64,000 nucleotides of DNA from an uncultured Gammaproteobacteria bacterium. Its GTDB lineage: Bacteria; Patescibacteriota; Microgenomatia; Levybacterales; UBA12049. Position 1 is the first letter of the stretch. Every line of letters starts with the position of its first letter. The notes below the pieces were generated by a model that was given only the letters and a program-made list of their open reading frames with translations, ran no database searches and was not told the DNA's origin. Below are positions 44,159-55,667 of this stretch, in pieces. The DNA lies in the NCBI GenBank assembly GCA_964503265.1, contig CAZCYO010000002.1, positions 66,604-130,603 on the forward strand, given 5' to 3'. A program made the position numbers and the translations under genes.

Positions 44159-44893
44159 GTGTCAATGTTCACTGGTATAATAGAATACATGACAAGTTTT
44201 CTGATAACTGCAAGCGACAAAGAAAAGAGAGAAGCGTATGCATTTACGTTCTGTCAGGAGAAACAGATAGACCAATTCGACACCACCGTTCTCGGACTTG
44301 AAGTTGAAGAAAAAGGTAAAAAAACCGCTCCAAAACAAAGTATCGGCATCGAGGAGATAAAAGTCATTCAACAAAAACTGTTTTTAAAACCTATGCACAG
44401 CCCTCAAAAAGCAATCATTATCCATGATGCACATACACTCACCACAGAAGCCCAAAACGCAATGTTAAAAGTCTTAGAGGAACCACCTGAACAGACTATT
44501 ATAGTTCTCGTCGCAGAGTCAACTGAAAGCTTACTTCCAACCATCATCTCACGATGTTTCGTTATATCGCTTGAAGAAGAGATAAGAGAAGTACTATCTG
44601 AAGATACGGCAGAAATCGCTGAATTTTATCAGTCACTTGGAAGCTTTACGATTAATGACGCACTAGGACACGCCGAGCGAATAGGCAAGTCAAAAGTAAT
44701 TGCACTAAGTTGGCTTGAAAAAGCGATTACTATAATAAGAGAAGATCAGTTATTACAAAGTTATAACCAAGCTTCAATCGCCGCAAAGGTAATTCGAGAC
44801 CTCCAAAAAACCCACACGCTCATCAAAACAACGAACGTAAACGTCCGCATGGCACTAGAAGCAGTCTTCCTCTCTTTTGTCTCATCACACTGA
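44159..44893 (+). CDS. holB: DNA polymerase III delta-prime subunit-like (degenerate AAA+)
   Basis: LKVLEEPPEQTIIVLV and TIISRCFVISL (SRC motif) without Walker A. Confidence 0.6.
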   Translation: MSMFTGIIEYMTSFLITASDKEKREAYAFTFCQEKQIDQFDTTVLGLEVEEKGKKTAPKQSIGIEEIKVIQQKLFLKPMHSPQKAIIIHDAHTLTTEAQNAMLKVLEEPPEQTIIVLVAESTESLLPTIISRCFVISLEEEIREVLSEDTAEIAEFYQSLGSFTINDALGHAERIGKSKVIALSWLEKAITIIREDQLLQSYNQASIAAKVIRDLQKTHTLIKTTNVNVRMALEAVFLSFVSSH

Positions 44894-46109
44894 GTGCTAC
44901 AATGACGCCATGAACCTCGCGTATAACCTCCGTCCAGGCACACTTGCAGAATTCTTTGGCCAGGAACACCTCGTCGGGGAGGGAAAGATCCTTCGTAAAA
45001 TGATCGAGTCGGGCAACCTATTCTCGATTCTCTTCTGGGGACCTCCAGGGAGTGGGAAGACGACACTCGCATATCTGATCGCGAAAGAAGCTAAAGCCGA
45101 CTTCCACGAACTCTCAGGTGTGACCAGTGGGAAAGAAGACTTACGAAAAGTCATCGAAGCAGCCAAAAAAAGTAAAGAAGAGGGGAGACCCACCATTCTT
45201 TTTATCGATGAAATCCACAGATGGAATAAAGCCCAGCAGGATGCACTCCTTCCACAAGTCGAAAGTGGACTCCTGACCCTCATCGGTGCGACGACAGAAA
45301 ACCCGTCATTCGAAGTCATCAGTGCACTCTTATCAAGGAGTAGAGTCTTCGTCCTCCAGGGATTATCGTATGAAGACTTACAAAAAGTCATTAAACGAGC
45401 ACTCACTGATAAAGAAAAAGGACTCGGGGAGTATAAAAGAACGATAGCAGACTCAGCTGAGGAACTCCTGATAAGATTTTCAGGCGGAGACGCCAGAATC
45501 ATGCTCAACGCTCTTCAAATCGCTGTCACGAATTATCAAGAGAAGAAAATCACTGATGAAATCATCAAAGAGGTTTTCCAGACGAGAAGTGCTGGCATTT
45601 ACGATAAAAAAGCCGATGAACACTATAATATAATAAGCGCCTTTATCAAAAGCATGCGCGGTTCAGACGTCGATGCATCACTATATTACTTAGCAAGGAT
45701 GCTAGAGAATGGAGAAGACCCTAAATTCATCGCTAGACGAATGATCATCTTCGCTTCAGAAGACATAGGACTCGCCGACCGCGGAGCGCTCATCCAAGCC
45801 AACGCAGGATTTGAAGCCATCACGAAAATCGGCATGCCCGAATCTCAGCTCATCCTCGCACAAATAGTATGCTATCTCGCAAGTGCAAAGAAATCACGCG
45901 CCACCACAAACGCACTAGGAAAGGCTAAAGCCGCAGTCTACGAATTTCCAAACGAACCAATTCCGCTCCATCTGAGAAATGCACCGACGAAGTTAATGAA
46001 GAATCTAGACTATGGAAAAGGCTACGCCTGGTCAGAAACCAACGTTGGACCAACAGATGGACAATCATTTCTCCCTGAGAAAATAAAAAACAAACGATTC
46101 TACGAATAA
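44877..46109 (+). CDS. rarA: Replication-associated recombination protein A (AAA+ ATPase RarA/MgsA); start probably ATG 44907
   Basis: LRPGTLAEFFGQEHLVGEGK..., WGPPGSGKTTLA, C-terminal MgsA domain. Confidence 0.85.
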   Translation: MSHHTECYNDAMNLAYNLRPGTLAEFFGQEHLVGEGKILRKMIESGNLFSILFWGPPGSGKTTLAYLIAKEAKADFHELSGVTSGKEDLRKVIEAAKKSKEEGRPTILFIDEIHRWNKAQQDALLPQVESGLLTLIGATTENPSFEVISALLSRSRVFVLQGLSYEDLQKVIKRALTDKEKGLGEYKRTIADSAEELLIRFSGGDARIMLNALQIAVTNYQEKKITDEIIKEVFQTRSAGIYDKKADEHYNIISAFIKSMRGSDVDASLYYLARMLENGEDPKFIARRMIIFASEDIGLADRGALIQANAGFEAITKIGMPESQLILAQIVCYLASAKKSRATTNALGKAKAAVYEFPNEPIPLHLRNAPTKLMKNLDYGKGYAWSETNVGPTDGQSFLPEKIKNKRFYE

Positions 46110-46137
46110 TAGAATCCCTATCAATTAATCCCATAGT

Positions 46138-46166
46138 TTGACAGCGTGAGGATAATCTAGTATAAT
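46138..46166 (+). promoter_or_regulatory. Consensus promoter TTGACA-17-TATAAT, 7 nt before ATG 46174 (leaderless mRNA)
   Basis: Exact hexamers read at 46138-46143 and 46161-46166. Confidence 0.55.
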
Positions 46167-46173
46167 TTTACCT

Positions 46174-46722
46174 ATGAAAGATCTTGATGGTATTTACCAA
46201 CCTGACATCCTTACTGCATCATTTCAACCTGATGAGCAGCTACTTCGTGATATACGAGAAGAATTAGAAACGGGTACGTTCGACTTTCATGAGGGATATG
46301 AAGAAAATCAGGGTAACGCGGCTGCTGTTGAAAAATATCTCGATGAAGAAGTTACAAGTAATAGTGGAATTTTAGGTGAAGCATATCAATATGGTGGACG
46401 AATTATGAATGTGATTGTCCAAAGAACGTATGAAAGAAATGGCAAACGTCTCCCACAAATCCGTAGGGAACACTTTTCATTAAATAGACAGATCGATCTT
46501 GAACTAGCAGCTAGACTTGATACGGATCAGACCATTTTAGACGGCAGAATGATTGAATGGAAAGTGATGCAACAAGAAATGCCAGCCTTTGGAAAAGCTC
46601 CAATTGTTCCTGATGAATCTACACATCTAGGAAGACAGGTATGTGCAGGATTTGTTGATATAGCAAACCTCTATGATATTGCTGCAAAAAAACCAGTAAG
46701 AACATTTCCCACTTCAAAATAG
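46174..46722 (+). CDS. Hypothetical protein
   Basis: 182 aa, acidic N-terminus. Confidence 0.45.
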   Translation: MKDLDGIYQPDILTASFQPDEQLLRDIREELETGTFDFHEGYEENQGNAAAVEKYLDEEVTSNSGILGEAYQYGGRIMNVIVQRTYERNGKRLPQIRREHFSLNRQIDLELAARLDTDQTILDGRMIEWKVMQQEMPAFGKAPIVPDESTHLGRQVCAGFVDIANLYDIAAKKPVRTFPTSK

Positions 46723-46738
46723 GAATGTATTGTGCATG

Positions 46739-46767
46739 TTGATCTCCCTTGACACTATATGTATAAT
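46739..46767 (+). promoter_or_regulatory. gyrB promoter TTGATC-17-TATAAT, 8 nt before ATG (leaderless)
   Basis: -35 46739-46744, -10 46762-46767, ATG 46776. Confidence 0.5.
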
Positions 46768-46769
46768 AG

Positions 46770-48746
<1,977 letters not shown>

Positions 48747-48750
48747 AAGT

Positions 48751-48823
48751 AAATTCGAAGTACGAATATCGAAATACGAAGAAAATATCTTGTTTCGAAT
48801 TTCGTACTTCGATATTCGAATTT
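48751..48823. repeat. TTCGAA-periodic palindrome after gyrB (AAATTCGAAGTACGAATATCGAAATACGAAG ... GTTTCGAATTTCGTACTTCGATATTCGAATTT)
   Basis: Read directly; shares CGAATATCGAA/CGAAATACGAA units with 24292-24466. Confidence 0.35.
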
Positions 48824-48834
48824 ATTTATATATG

Positions 48835-49419
48835 GCTAAAAGACTAATAGATCACACAAATACCTGGGAAGTGTCATTCTTTCAAAAGAAAGACACGATT
48901 AAGACTGAAAAATACGGGAATAGTGAGACGTTTGAAAGTCCAAAACGACAAATCGAACAGATTGGACAAGCATCACTTCTGTTTACTAGATTTGATAAAA
49001 AAGATATTCCGAGCATGTATAAGGAAGACGAAAAAGCATACGCTCTGGATAGCTTTGGAAACTTCATGCTTGCAAATGCACGAGAGCTGGCTCTATCAAA
49101 TATGTTTGAAGTGATGGTAATGCTTCGAACAAAAAAAAGAAAAATCGATGAACAAATGATTTGTAATCTATGGATTAAAGACCAAACAAATGTATTCTCA
49201 ACACACATGGAGAGTAAAAGTACTGCTAAACAGCCGACGACACTCTATATCGGAGGATTTACCTGGTGGTCAAGTGAAGAAGTAAATATACAAGTAAAAA
49301 AATTACTTCTCCCTAAGAATATGAATATATTAAGTACAATTTGCATGAGTGTCGCAACAATTCCATCACAATTGCATAAACATGACAGTGATGATATAGA
49401 TGATATGTTCTTTTGGTAA
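48835..49419 (+). CDS. Hypothetical protein (start moved to MAKRL)
   Basis: Track ORF 5' end overlaps the palindromic repeat; ATG 48835 preferred. Confidence 0.4.
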   Translation, partial: AKRLIDHTNTWEVSFFQKKDTIKTEKYGNSETFESPKRQIEQIGQASLLFTRFDKKDIPSMYKEDEKAYALDSFGNFMLANARELALSNMFEVMVMLRTKKRKIDEQMICNLWIKDQTNVFSTHMESKSTAKQPTTLYIGGFTWWSSEEVNIQVKKLLLPKNMNILSTICMSVATIPSQLHKHDSDDIDDMFFW

Positions 49420-49427
49420 ATAAAAAG

Positions 49428-49520
49428 TTAAAACTCAAAAAGCAAAAATACAAGTCAAAAATCAAAAGTTTTTACTTTTTACTTGTAATTTTGAATTTTC
49501 ACTTTTACATTTTGAGTTTA
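49428..49520. repeat. AT-rich imperfect palindrome upstream of ppa
   Basis: AAAACTCAAAAAGCAAAAATACAAGTCAAAAATCAAAAG / ACTTTTTACTTGTAATTTTGAATTTTCACTTTTACATTTTGAGTTT. Confidence 0.3.
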
Positions 49521-49587
49521 TTAAAAGTAAGAGAACATGATAAAATGCAAATTACGTTAAAAACGAAAGTGAGGTGAAATATAATTT

Positions 49588-50103
49588 ATGGATGTAACTA
49601 AATTACCAACGGGTAAAAACCCGACAAATGGCGAAGTAAATGTCTTTATCGAAATTCCTAAAGACAGTACGATTAAGTACGAACTCGATAAGGATTCAGG
49701 AGTCGTCATGGTCGATCGCTTTTTATATGGAGCGATGGCATTTCCATTTAATTATGGATTTGTACCAAACACACTCGCTGAAGATGGAGACCCACTTGAC
49801 GTGATGCTTATCGCTGATAAAACTCTCGTTCCTGGAGTAATGGTCCCATCAGTGATTATCGGAATGCTTGAAATGGAAGATGAAGCTGGAATCGATACAA
49901 AAATTATCGCTGTTCCAACTGCTAAAATCGATCCTTTCTCTGCTCACTACAAAGATATCTCAGACGTGCCACAAGCACTAAAAGATAAAATGAAGCATTT
50001 TTATGAGAACTATAAAACACTTGAACCTGGAAAATGGGTCAAGTTAAAGGAATGGAAAGGGAAAGAAGAAGCACTCAAGGCAGTACAAAAAGCTTTGAAA
50101 TAA
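49588..50103 (+). CDS. ppa: Inorganic pyrophosphatase (family I)
   Basis: Conserved Asp/Glu metal-binding blocks; RBS AGGTGA. Confidence 0.9.
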   Translation: MDVTKLPTGKNPTNGEVNVFIEIPKDSTIKYELDKDSGVVMVDRFLYGAMAFPFNYGFVPNTLAEDGDPLDVMLIADKTLVPGVMVPSVIIGMLEMEDEAGIDTKIIAVPTAKIDPFSAHYKDISDVPQALKDKMKHFYENYKTLEPGKWVKLKEWKGKEEALKAVQKALK

Positions 50104-50110
50104 AACAACT

Positions 50111-50173
50111 GTCATTCTGAGGCGACGCCGAAGAATCTTGAAGGAAAAGATCCAACAAGACCCTCAGGATGAC
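50111..50173. repeat. REP-like palindromic element, copy 3 (GTCATTCTGAGG...CCTCAGGATGAC)
   Basis: 12-nt terminal inverted repeats with 1 mismatch, same GTCATTCTG/CAGGATGAC termini as 18648 and 21846 copies. Confidence 0.45.
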
Positions 50174-50198
50174 ATTGTTCGTTTAGAAAAATAACACT

Positions 50199-52778
50199 AT
50201 GGATATAGGAAGACTACAAAAAACAAATATTAGTACGGAGATGAAGAAAGCGTATCTTAATTACGCTATGTCTGTTATCGTCGCACGTGCACTTCCAGAT
50301 ATTAGAGACGGGCTTAAACCAGTTCATCGCCGCATTCTTTTTGCTATGCATGAGATCGGACTTACACATAGCGCGAAATATAAGAAAAGTGCGACGGTCG
50401 TCGGAGAAGTGCTCGGTAAATATCATCCACATGGTGATGTTCCAGTCTATGATGCGATGGTACGTCTGGCTCAGGATTTCGCGATGCGCTATCCACTTAT
50501 TCAAGGTCAAGGAAATTTCGGATCAATTGATGGCGATCCACCAGCTGCTATGCGTTATACCGAAGCTCGAATGGCTGCTATTGCAAGTGAATTACTCGCA
50601 GATATTGATAAAGAAACGGTAAACTTCTCACCTAACTTTGATTCTAGCTATAGTGAACCAGACTATTTACCAGCAAAACTTCCAAATTTACTTCTCATGG
50701 GATCAGAAGGAATTGCTGTTGGTATGGCGACTAAGATTCCACCACATAATTTAGGTGAAGTAATTGATGCAATTATTTACACGATTAGTAAAACAACCAT
50801 AGTAGGCGGTTCAGCAGCGATTCAAGAAACGAAAACCCCAGCTATACCTACACCAACAGATGAAAAAGCACAATCAACTGAAGTCGTATTTAATCTAACC
50901 AGTGAAGCAACTATCGAAGAATTACTTGAATTCGTTAAAGGACCTGATTTCCCAACTGCTGGAAATATATACGACATAACTGAAATTCGCCAAGCATATA
51001 TGACAGGACGTGGAAAAATTATGATTAGAGGAAAAGCAGATATTGAGGAAATTGGACAAGGAAAATCAGCGATCATTATTACTGAACTTCCATATCAGGT
51101 AAATAAAGCACTGCTCGTCGCGAAGATCGCTGACCTTGTTAAAGAAAAGAAATTAGAAGGCATTTCAGATCTTAGAGACGAATCAGACAGACGAGGCCTC
51201 AGAGTATATGTCGAATTAAAACGTGATGCTACACCGAAAAAAGTATTAAATAATCTCTTTAAACATACGTCACTACAGACATCATTCCCAGTTAATATGG
51301 TTGCACTCGTTAATGGTACGCCTCAAACAGTAAATCTTAAACTTATTCTTGAGGAATATCTTAAGCATCGCTACATCGTTATCAGAAAGCGTTCAGAATT
51401 CGAACTTCGACAAGCAAGAGCAAGAGAACATATTTTGGAAGGACTCAAGATTGCAGTTGATCATATCGATGCAGTTATCAAAACTATTCGTGAATCAGCT
51501 GACCAAGAAGAAGCCAAGAAAAACCTTATTGAGCGATTTAAACTATCTGAAATACAAGCCACAGCAATTCTCGATATGCAACTTCGTCGTCTTGCTGCAC
51601 TTGAAAGACAGAAGATTGAAGATGAATTAAAAGCTATTCGTGAGACAATTGCGTTTCTTGAAGATTTACTTGCTCATCCTGAAAAAATACTTTCAGTCGT
51701 TAAAGAAGAGTTACTCTCGATCAAACAAAAATATGCCGATCCTCGACGAACGAAAGTCTTTAAGAGTAAAGTAGGGGAGTTCTCAGAGGAAGATCTTATT
51801 CCAAATGAACCAACTGTTATCACAATGACAGAAACAGGATATATTAAACGCCAAAGTGTGAATAGTTTCCAGGTCCAGCACAGAGGAGGAAAAGGAATTA
51901 GTGGTATGAAGATGAAAGACGAAGATGCAATTTCACATATTCGCTACGCACAGACACACGATAATATTATTTTCTTTACCAATAAAGGGAAAGCATATCA
52001 GATAAAAGCATATGAGATAGGGGAGAGTAGTCGAATTAGTAAAGGAACAGCTGTCGTCAACCTCCTTAATATTGAAGCTGGAGAAGAAGTTGAATCATTT
52101 ATCGTGTATAGCAATAAAGAGAAAAATGGCTACGTCTTTCTTACCACACGAAGTGGAACTGTGAAGAAAAGTAATATTTCAGAATTCGAAAATATTAGAA
52201 AAAATGGCATGATCGCGATTAAACTTGACGCTGGTGATGAGCTCGTATGGAGTAACCTCACCAATGGTGATAATCAAGTCTTACTTGTAACGAAAATGGG
52301 GAAATCAATTAAATTTGCTGAAAAGTCAGTGCGACCTATGGGAAGAGCTACTATGGGAGTTCGTGGAATTTTAATTGGAAAAGATGACCAAGTCATCGGG
52401 ATGGAAGTAATCGGAAAGGACGATAATTCACTTGTCCTTTCAGTTATGGAAAACGGACTAGGCAAGAAAACCCCAGTAAGTCAATTTCCGCTCCAAAACA
52501 GAGGTGGACAAGGTGTTAAAGTCGCTAAAGTAAGTGATAAAACAGGACAGGTAGTCGTCGCTCAAATTATCCCACCTAAAGCTGGAGAAGTTATTCTGAC
52601 ATCTAAACGTGGTCAAATTGTTCGACTCGGACTGGCTTCAGTTCCAAAACTTGGACGTGATACACAAGGAGTAATCCTCATGCGTTTCTCAAACGGAGCA
52701 GATAAGATTTCAGCAGCTACCTGTGTTGAATCAGAGCCAGAAGGCAAGCAGGAAAGTAGCAAAGAGCTTAGAGCTTAG
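50199..52778 (+). CDS. gyrA: DNA gyrase subunit A
   Basis: Catalytic Tyr region (...AMRYTEARM), QRDR ([12 protein letters not shown]), C-terminal beta-pinwheel; about 35-aa insertion near 50770-50930. Confidence 0.95.
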   Translation: MDIGRLQKTNISTEMKKAYLNYAMSVIVARALPDIRDGLKPVHRRILFAMHEIGLTHSAKYKKSATVVGEVLGKYHPHGDVPVYDAMVRLAQDFAMRYPLIQGQGNFGSIDGDPPAAMRYTEARMAAIASELLADIDKETVNFSPNFDSSYSEPDYLPAKLPNLLLMGSEGIAVGMATKIPPHNLGEVIDAIIYTISKTTIVGGSAAIQETKTPAIPTPTDEKAQSTEVVFNLTSEATIEELLEFVKGPDFPTAGNIYDITEIRQAYMTGRGKIMIRGKADIEEIGQGKSAIIITELPYQVNKALLVAKIADLVKEKKLEGISDLRDESDRRGLRVYVELKRDATPKKVLNNLFKHTSLQTSFPVNMVALVNGTPQTVNLKLILEEYLKHRYIVIRKRSEFELRQARAREHILEGLKIAVDHIDAVIKTIRESADQEEAKKNLIERFKLSEIQATAILDMQLRRLAALERQKIEDELKAIRETIAFLEDLLAHPEKILSVVKEELLSIKQKYADPRRTKVFKSKVGEFSEEDLIPNEPTVITMTETGYIKRQSVNSFQVQHRGGKGISGMKMKDEDAISHIRYAQTHDNIIFFTNKGKAYQIKAYEIGESSRISKGTAVVNLLNIEAGEEVESFIVYSNKEKNGYVFLTTRSGTVKKSNISEFENIRKNGMIAIKLDAGDELVWSNLTNGDNQVLLVTKMGKSIKFAEKSVRPMGRATMGVRGILIGKDDQVIGMEVIGKDDNSLVLSVMENGLGKKTPVSQFPLQNRGGQGVKVAKVSDKTGQVVVAQIIPPKAGEVILTSKRGQIVRLGLASVPKLGRDTQGVILMRFSNGADKISAATCVESEPEGKQESSKELRA

Positions 52779-52866
52779 AGTTCGTCACTTTTGCGCCTAC
52801 GCTTTCCTTTCCATCCTCTTACACACCTCACATATCCTTCTCATAAAGCGGTGTTAAAGTAGTTAT

Positions 52867-53283
52867 ATGATTGCATTAATAATATTATTACTTTTCGGAA
52901 TTGGAGTAAGTATTTTCGCCCTTCAAAACACGCTTGTGACCACAGTATCATTTTTCGGAAATAGCTTTACTGGAGTTCCACTATATACCGTAATACTCGG
53001 CTCAATGCTCTTTGGTGTGATAGCTGCAAGTATTATCGGGCTTATAGATTCTGTGGGAAATGCATTTACTCTTTCACGAAAAAATCGCCAAATTGCATCA
53101 GTCAGTAACGATGTAGAAGCACTACAAAAAAAGATAGGAGAACTTGAGGATGAAAACGCACTGCTGCGTCAAGATAAAAAAGAAATAATAGTCGAAAAAA
53201 ATGCTGAACTCTATAAAAAAGATGAAGAAGTTAGAGCTGCAAAACCAACGTTCATGGAGAACCTCAGACAAACCTTCAGATAA
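52867..53283 (+). CDS. Membrane protein with 2 TM + coiled coil (LapA/DUF1049-like)
   Basis: Two N-terminal hydrophobic helices then heptad-repeat region. Confidence 0.4.
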   Translation: MIALIILLLFGIGVSIFALQNTLVTTVSFFGNSFTGVPLYTVILGSMLFGVIAASIIGLIDSVGNAFTLSRKNRQIASVSNDVEALQKKIGELEDENALLRQDKKEIIVEKNAELYKKDEEVRAAKPTFMENLRQTFR

Positions 53284-53300
53284 ATCATTGTACTACTTCC

Positions 53301-54680
53301 TTATTTACACGCAATTGATAGCGGCGCATAGATACACCACCACGGCTTTGAAGAGATAGTAGGTGTAGGGGTTATTGTAGGTACAGCTGTTGGAGCGAGT
53401 GTTGGTTTGGGAGTAGGGGAAACTGTCGGCGTAGGGGAAGAGATAGGTGTAATAGTCGGTGCTTGAGTAATAGTCGGAGTAACTGTTGGAGTGATAGTTG
53501 GTGTCGTTGTTGGAGTAGGGTTGATCGGAACACAATCTACAGCTTTACAAGCATTAATACGACCATATTTCCAAAACATTCCCGTTCCACTGATGGAATC
53601 TGCAGTAGTTTCAATTTTATTTATTACCTCCGATGCTGACCAGTCAGGATGGAGCCCTCGAATAAGACTTGCTAACCCAGAAACAAAAGGAGAAGCCATC
53701 GAGGTCCCAGACAGATACGCATAGCCACCTTTGTATGTTGAATAAATCGAAACACCTGGAGCAGCGAGTGTTACCCAATTCCCATAGGTTGAAAACGATG
53801 CCTTTTTATCACTAGAATCTGTGGCTGCAACACTTATGACTTGTGGATAATTCGCTGGATAGGTAGGTGCGATTCCGTATCCATTCCCGGCTGAGGCAAT
53901 AATAATGACACCTTTATTTGCTGCATATTCAACAGCATTCTGTAATGTAGATGATGGAGCAGAACCCCCAAGGCTCAGATTAATAATTTTCACTCCATTA
54001 TCAGCAGCCCAGATAATCCCATTTGCAATCCAAGAATAATAACCACTACCTGTACTATCTAATACCTTAACTGAAATGAGTGAAGAATTATAGCCAACTC
54101 CAGCAATTCCCATACTATTATTCGTAACTCCACTCGCAATTCCTGCCACATGTGATCCATGGCCATTAGTATCGATATCTGAATCTGTCGTGAAATTTAC
54201 TCGCTGAATAATATGACCAGCTAAGTCTGGATGAGCTGCATCAATTCCAGAGTCAATGATCGCAATCGCAGATTGCGATGAGCTGTGTGTCATATCCCAT
54301 GCACCAGGTGCTTGGATTTTTTGTAGTCCCCACTGAATAGAATAACTTGGATCATTGGGTACATCAAAGGCCTGAGCAATTTGATCCATTTCTGCATATT
54401 GTACATGTGGAAGCTTTCCAAGCTGTTTAATCATATTCTGTGCTACTCCACGCGGAATAGTAATAGCAAGTGCATTATGCAATTTCAGCTTTTCTTTTTT
54501 AATAATGGCAAATTTATTTACAATATCATTTTGAACATCCTCGGAAGCTGACGAGGTAAAGCGAACAAGAATTCGTTCATTGAGCTGTGTCTGGGATGAA
54601 ACTGCAAATACTTTTTGAGAAAGTGAAACAATACTTAAAACTACAGAAAACAAAAAGAAGATAGCAACTATTTTTCTCAT
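53301..54680 (-). CDS. Secreted subtilisin-family (S8) serine protease with Pro/Thr-rich C-terminal linker
   Basis: Catalytic triad contexts IIDSGIDAAHPDL (D), HGSHVAGIASG (H), GTSMASPFVSGLASL (S); signal peptide; PTPTTTPTITPTVTP... tail. Confidence 0.8.
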   Translation of the reverse strand: MRKIVAIFFLFSVVLSIVSLSQKVFAVSSQTQLNERILVRFTSSASEDVQNDIVNKFAIIKKEKLKLHNALAITIPRGVAQNMIKQLGKLPHVQYAEMDQIAQAFDVPNDPSYSIQWGLQKIQAPGAWDMTHSSSQSAIAIIDSGIDAAHPDLAGHIIQRVNFTTDSDIDTNGHGSHVAGIASGVTNNSMGIAGVGYNSSLISVKVLDSTGSGYYSWIANGIIWAADNGVKIINLSLGGSAPSSTLQNAVEYAANKGVIIIASAGNGYGIAPTYPANYPQVISVAATDSSDKKASFSTYGNWVTLAAPGVSIYSTYKGGYAYLSGTSMASPFVSGLASLIRGLHPDWSASEVINKIETTADSISGTGMFWKYGRINACKAVDCVPINPTPTTTPTITPTVTPTITQAPTITPISSPTPTVSPTPKPTLAPTAVPTITPTPTISSKPWWCIYAPLSIACK

Positions 54681-54763
54681 ATACTATAAGAAAATATAGC
54701 ATGAAAAATCATTTATGAATAGTATATTTAGCATAATAAGGTACACACTGCTATAATAGGAGC

Positions 54764-55600
54764 ATGGAAATTAACGGAAAAGAAATCGCATCGAACATGT
54801 ATACTGACCTCAAGGCAAAAGTCACACGACTACATTCAGAAGGAATAGTTCCACATCTGGTTGTTCTCCTCGTCGGACAAAATCCAAGCTCAATCGCCTA
54901 CGTTAATCAGAAAAAAATATGGGCAGAATTTATTGGAGCAAAGATAACAGTCGATACCTATCCAGAACACACATCTCAAGAACTATTAGAGAATAGAATC
55001 AGAGACTTAAACGCTGATAACTCTGTTCACGCAGTACTCGTCCAGATTCCACTTCCACCACACTTAGATGCACAGAAACTCACAGAACTCGTTAGTCCAG
55101 AAAAAGACATCGACGGATTTCATCCTGATTCACCCTTTACTCCACCTCTTGCAGCAGCAGTGATGACAATTCTTGAGGAAATAAAAACAAGAGAAGGAGA
55201 AGGAAGTGAACTATATGCGTGGTTACGAAGTAAACGTATTGTTCTATTAGGAAAAGGAAAAGCTGGTGGTATGCCAGTTCACAATTTGCTAACTGCAAAG
55301 GGCATAGAGCATAGTGTTATAGATAGTAAGACTGAAAACCGAGAAGAGTTGATGAAAGCTGCAGATATCATCATCACGGCTGTCGGGAAAAAGCATATAG
55401 TAACAAGTGATGCGATTAAAGAAGGAGTCATTCTGATTGGGGTGGGGATGAACTTAGATGAAAACAATAAACTTTATGGAGACTATGACGTAGATGATAT
55501 TCAAGAAAAAACATCTTATTACACACGAACACCTGGGGGAGTTGGTCCTGTTAATGTTGCTTGTTTACTCAGGAACCTTATCTCAGCGGTAACCAAATAG
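54764..55600 (+). CDS. folD: Methylenetetrahydrofolate dehydrogenase/cyclohydrolase
   Basis: Length and conserved blocks (VGQNPSSIAYV, IPLPPHL, DIDGFHP) typical of FolD. Confidence 0.85.
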   Translation: MEINGKEIASNMYTDLKAKVTRLHSEGIVPHLVVLLVGQNPSSIAYVNQKKIWAEFIGAKITVDTYPEHTSQELLENRIRDLNADNSVHAVLVQIPLPPHLDAQKLTELVSPEKDIDGFHPDSPFTPPLAAAVMTILEEIKTREGEGSELYAWLRSKRIVLLGKGKAGGMPVHNLLTAKGIEHSVIDSKTENREELMKAADIIITAVGKKHIVTSDAIKEGVILIGVGMNLDENNKLYGDYDVDDIQEKTSYYTRTPGGVGPVNVACLLRNLISAVTK

Positions 55601-55667
55601 TAGTCGCTTTCTATAATTATTGATATCGTATTGCAATTGTAAAATGTATCTTGTACAGTAATATGCA

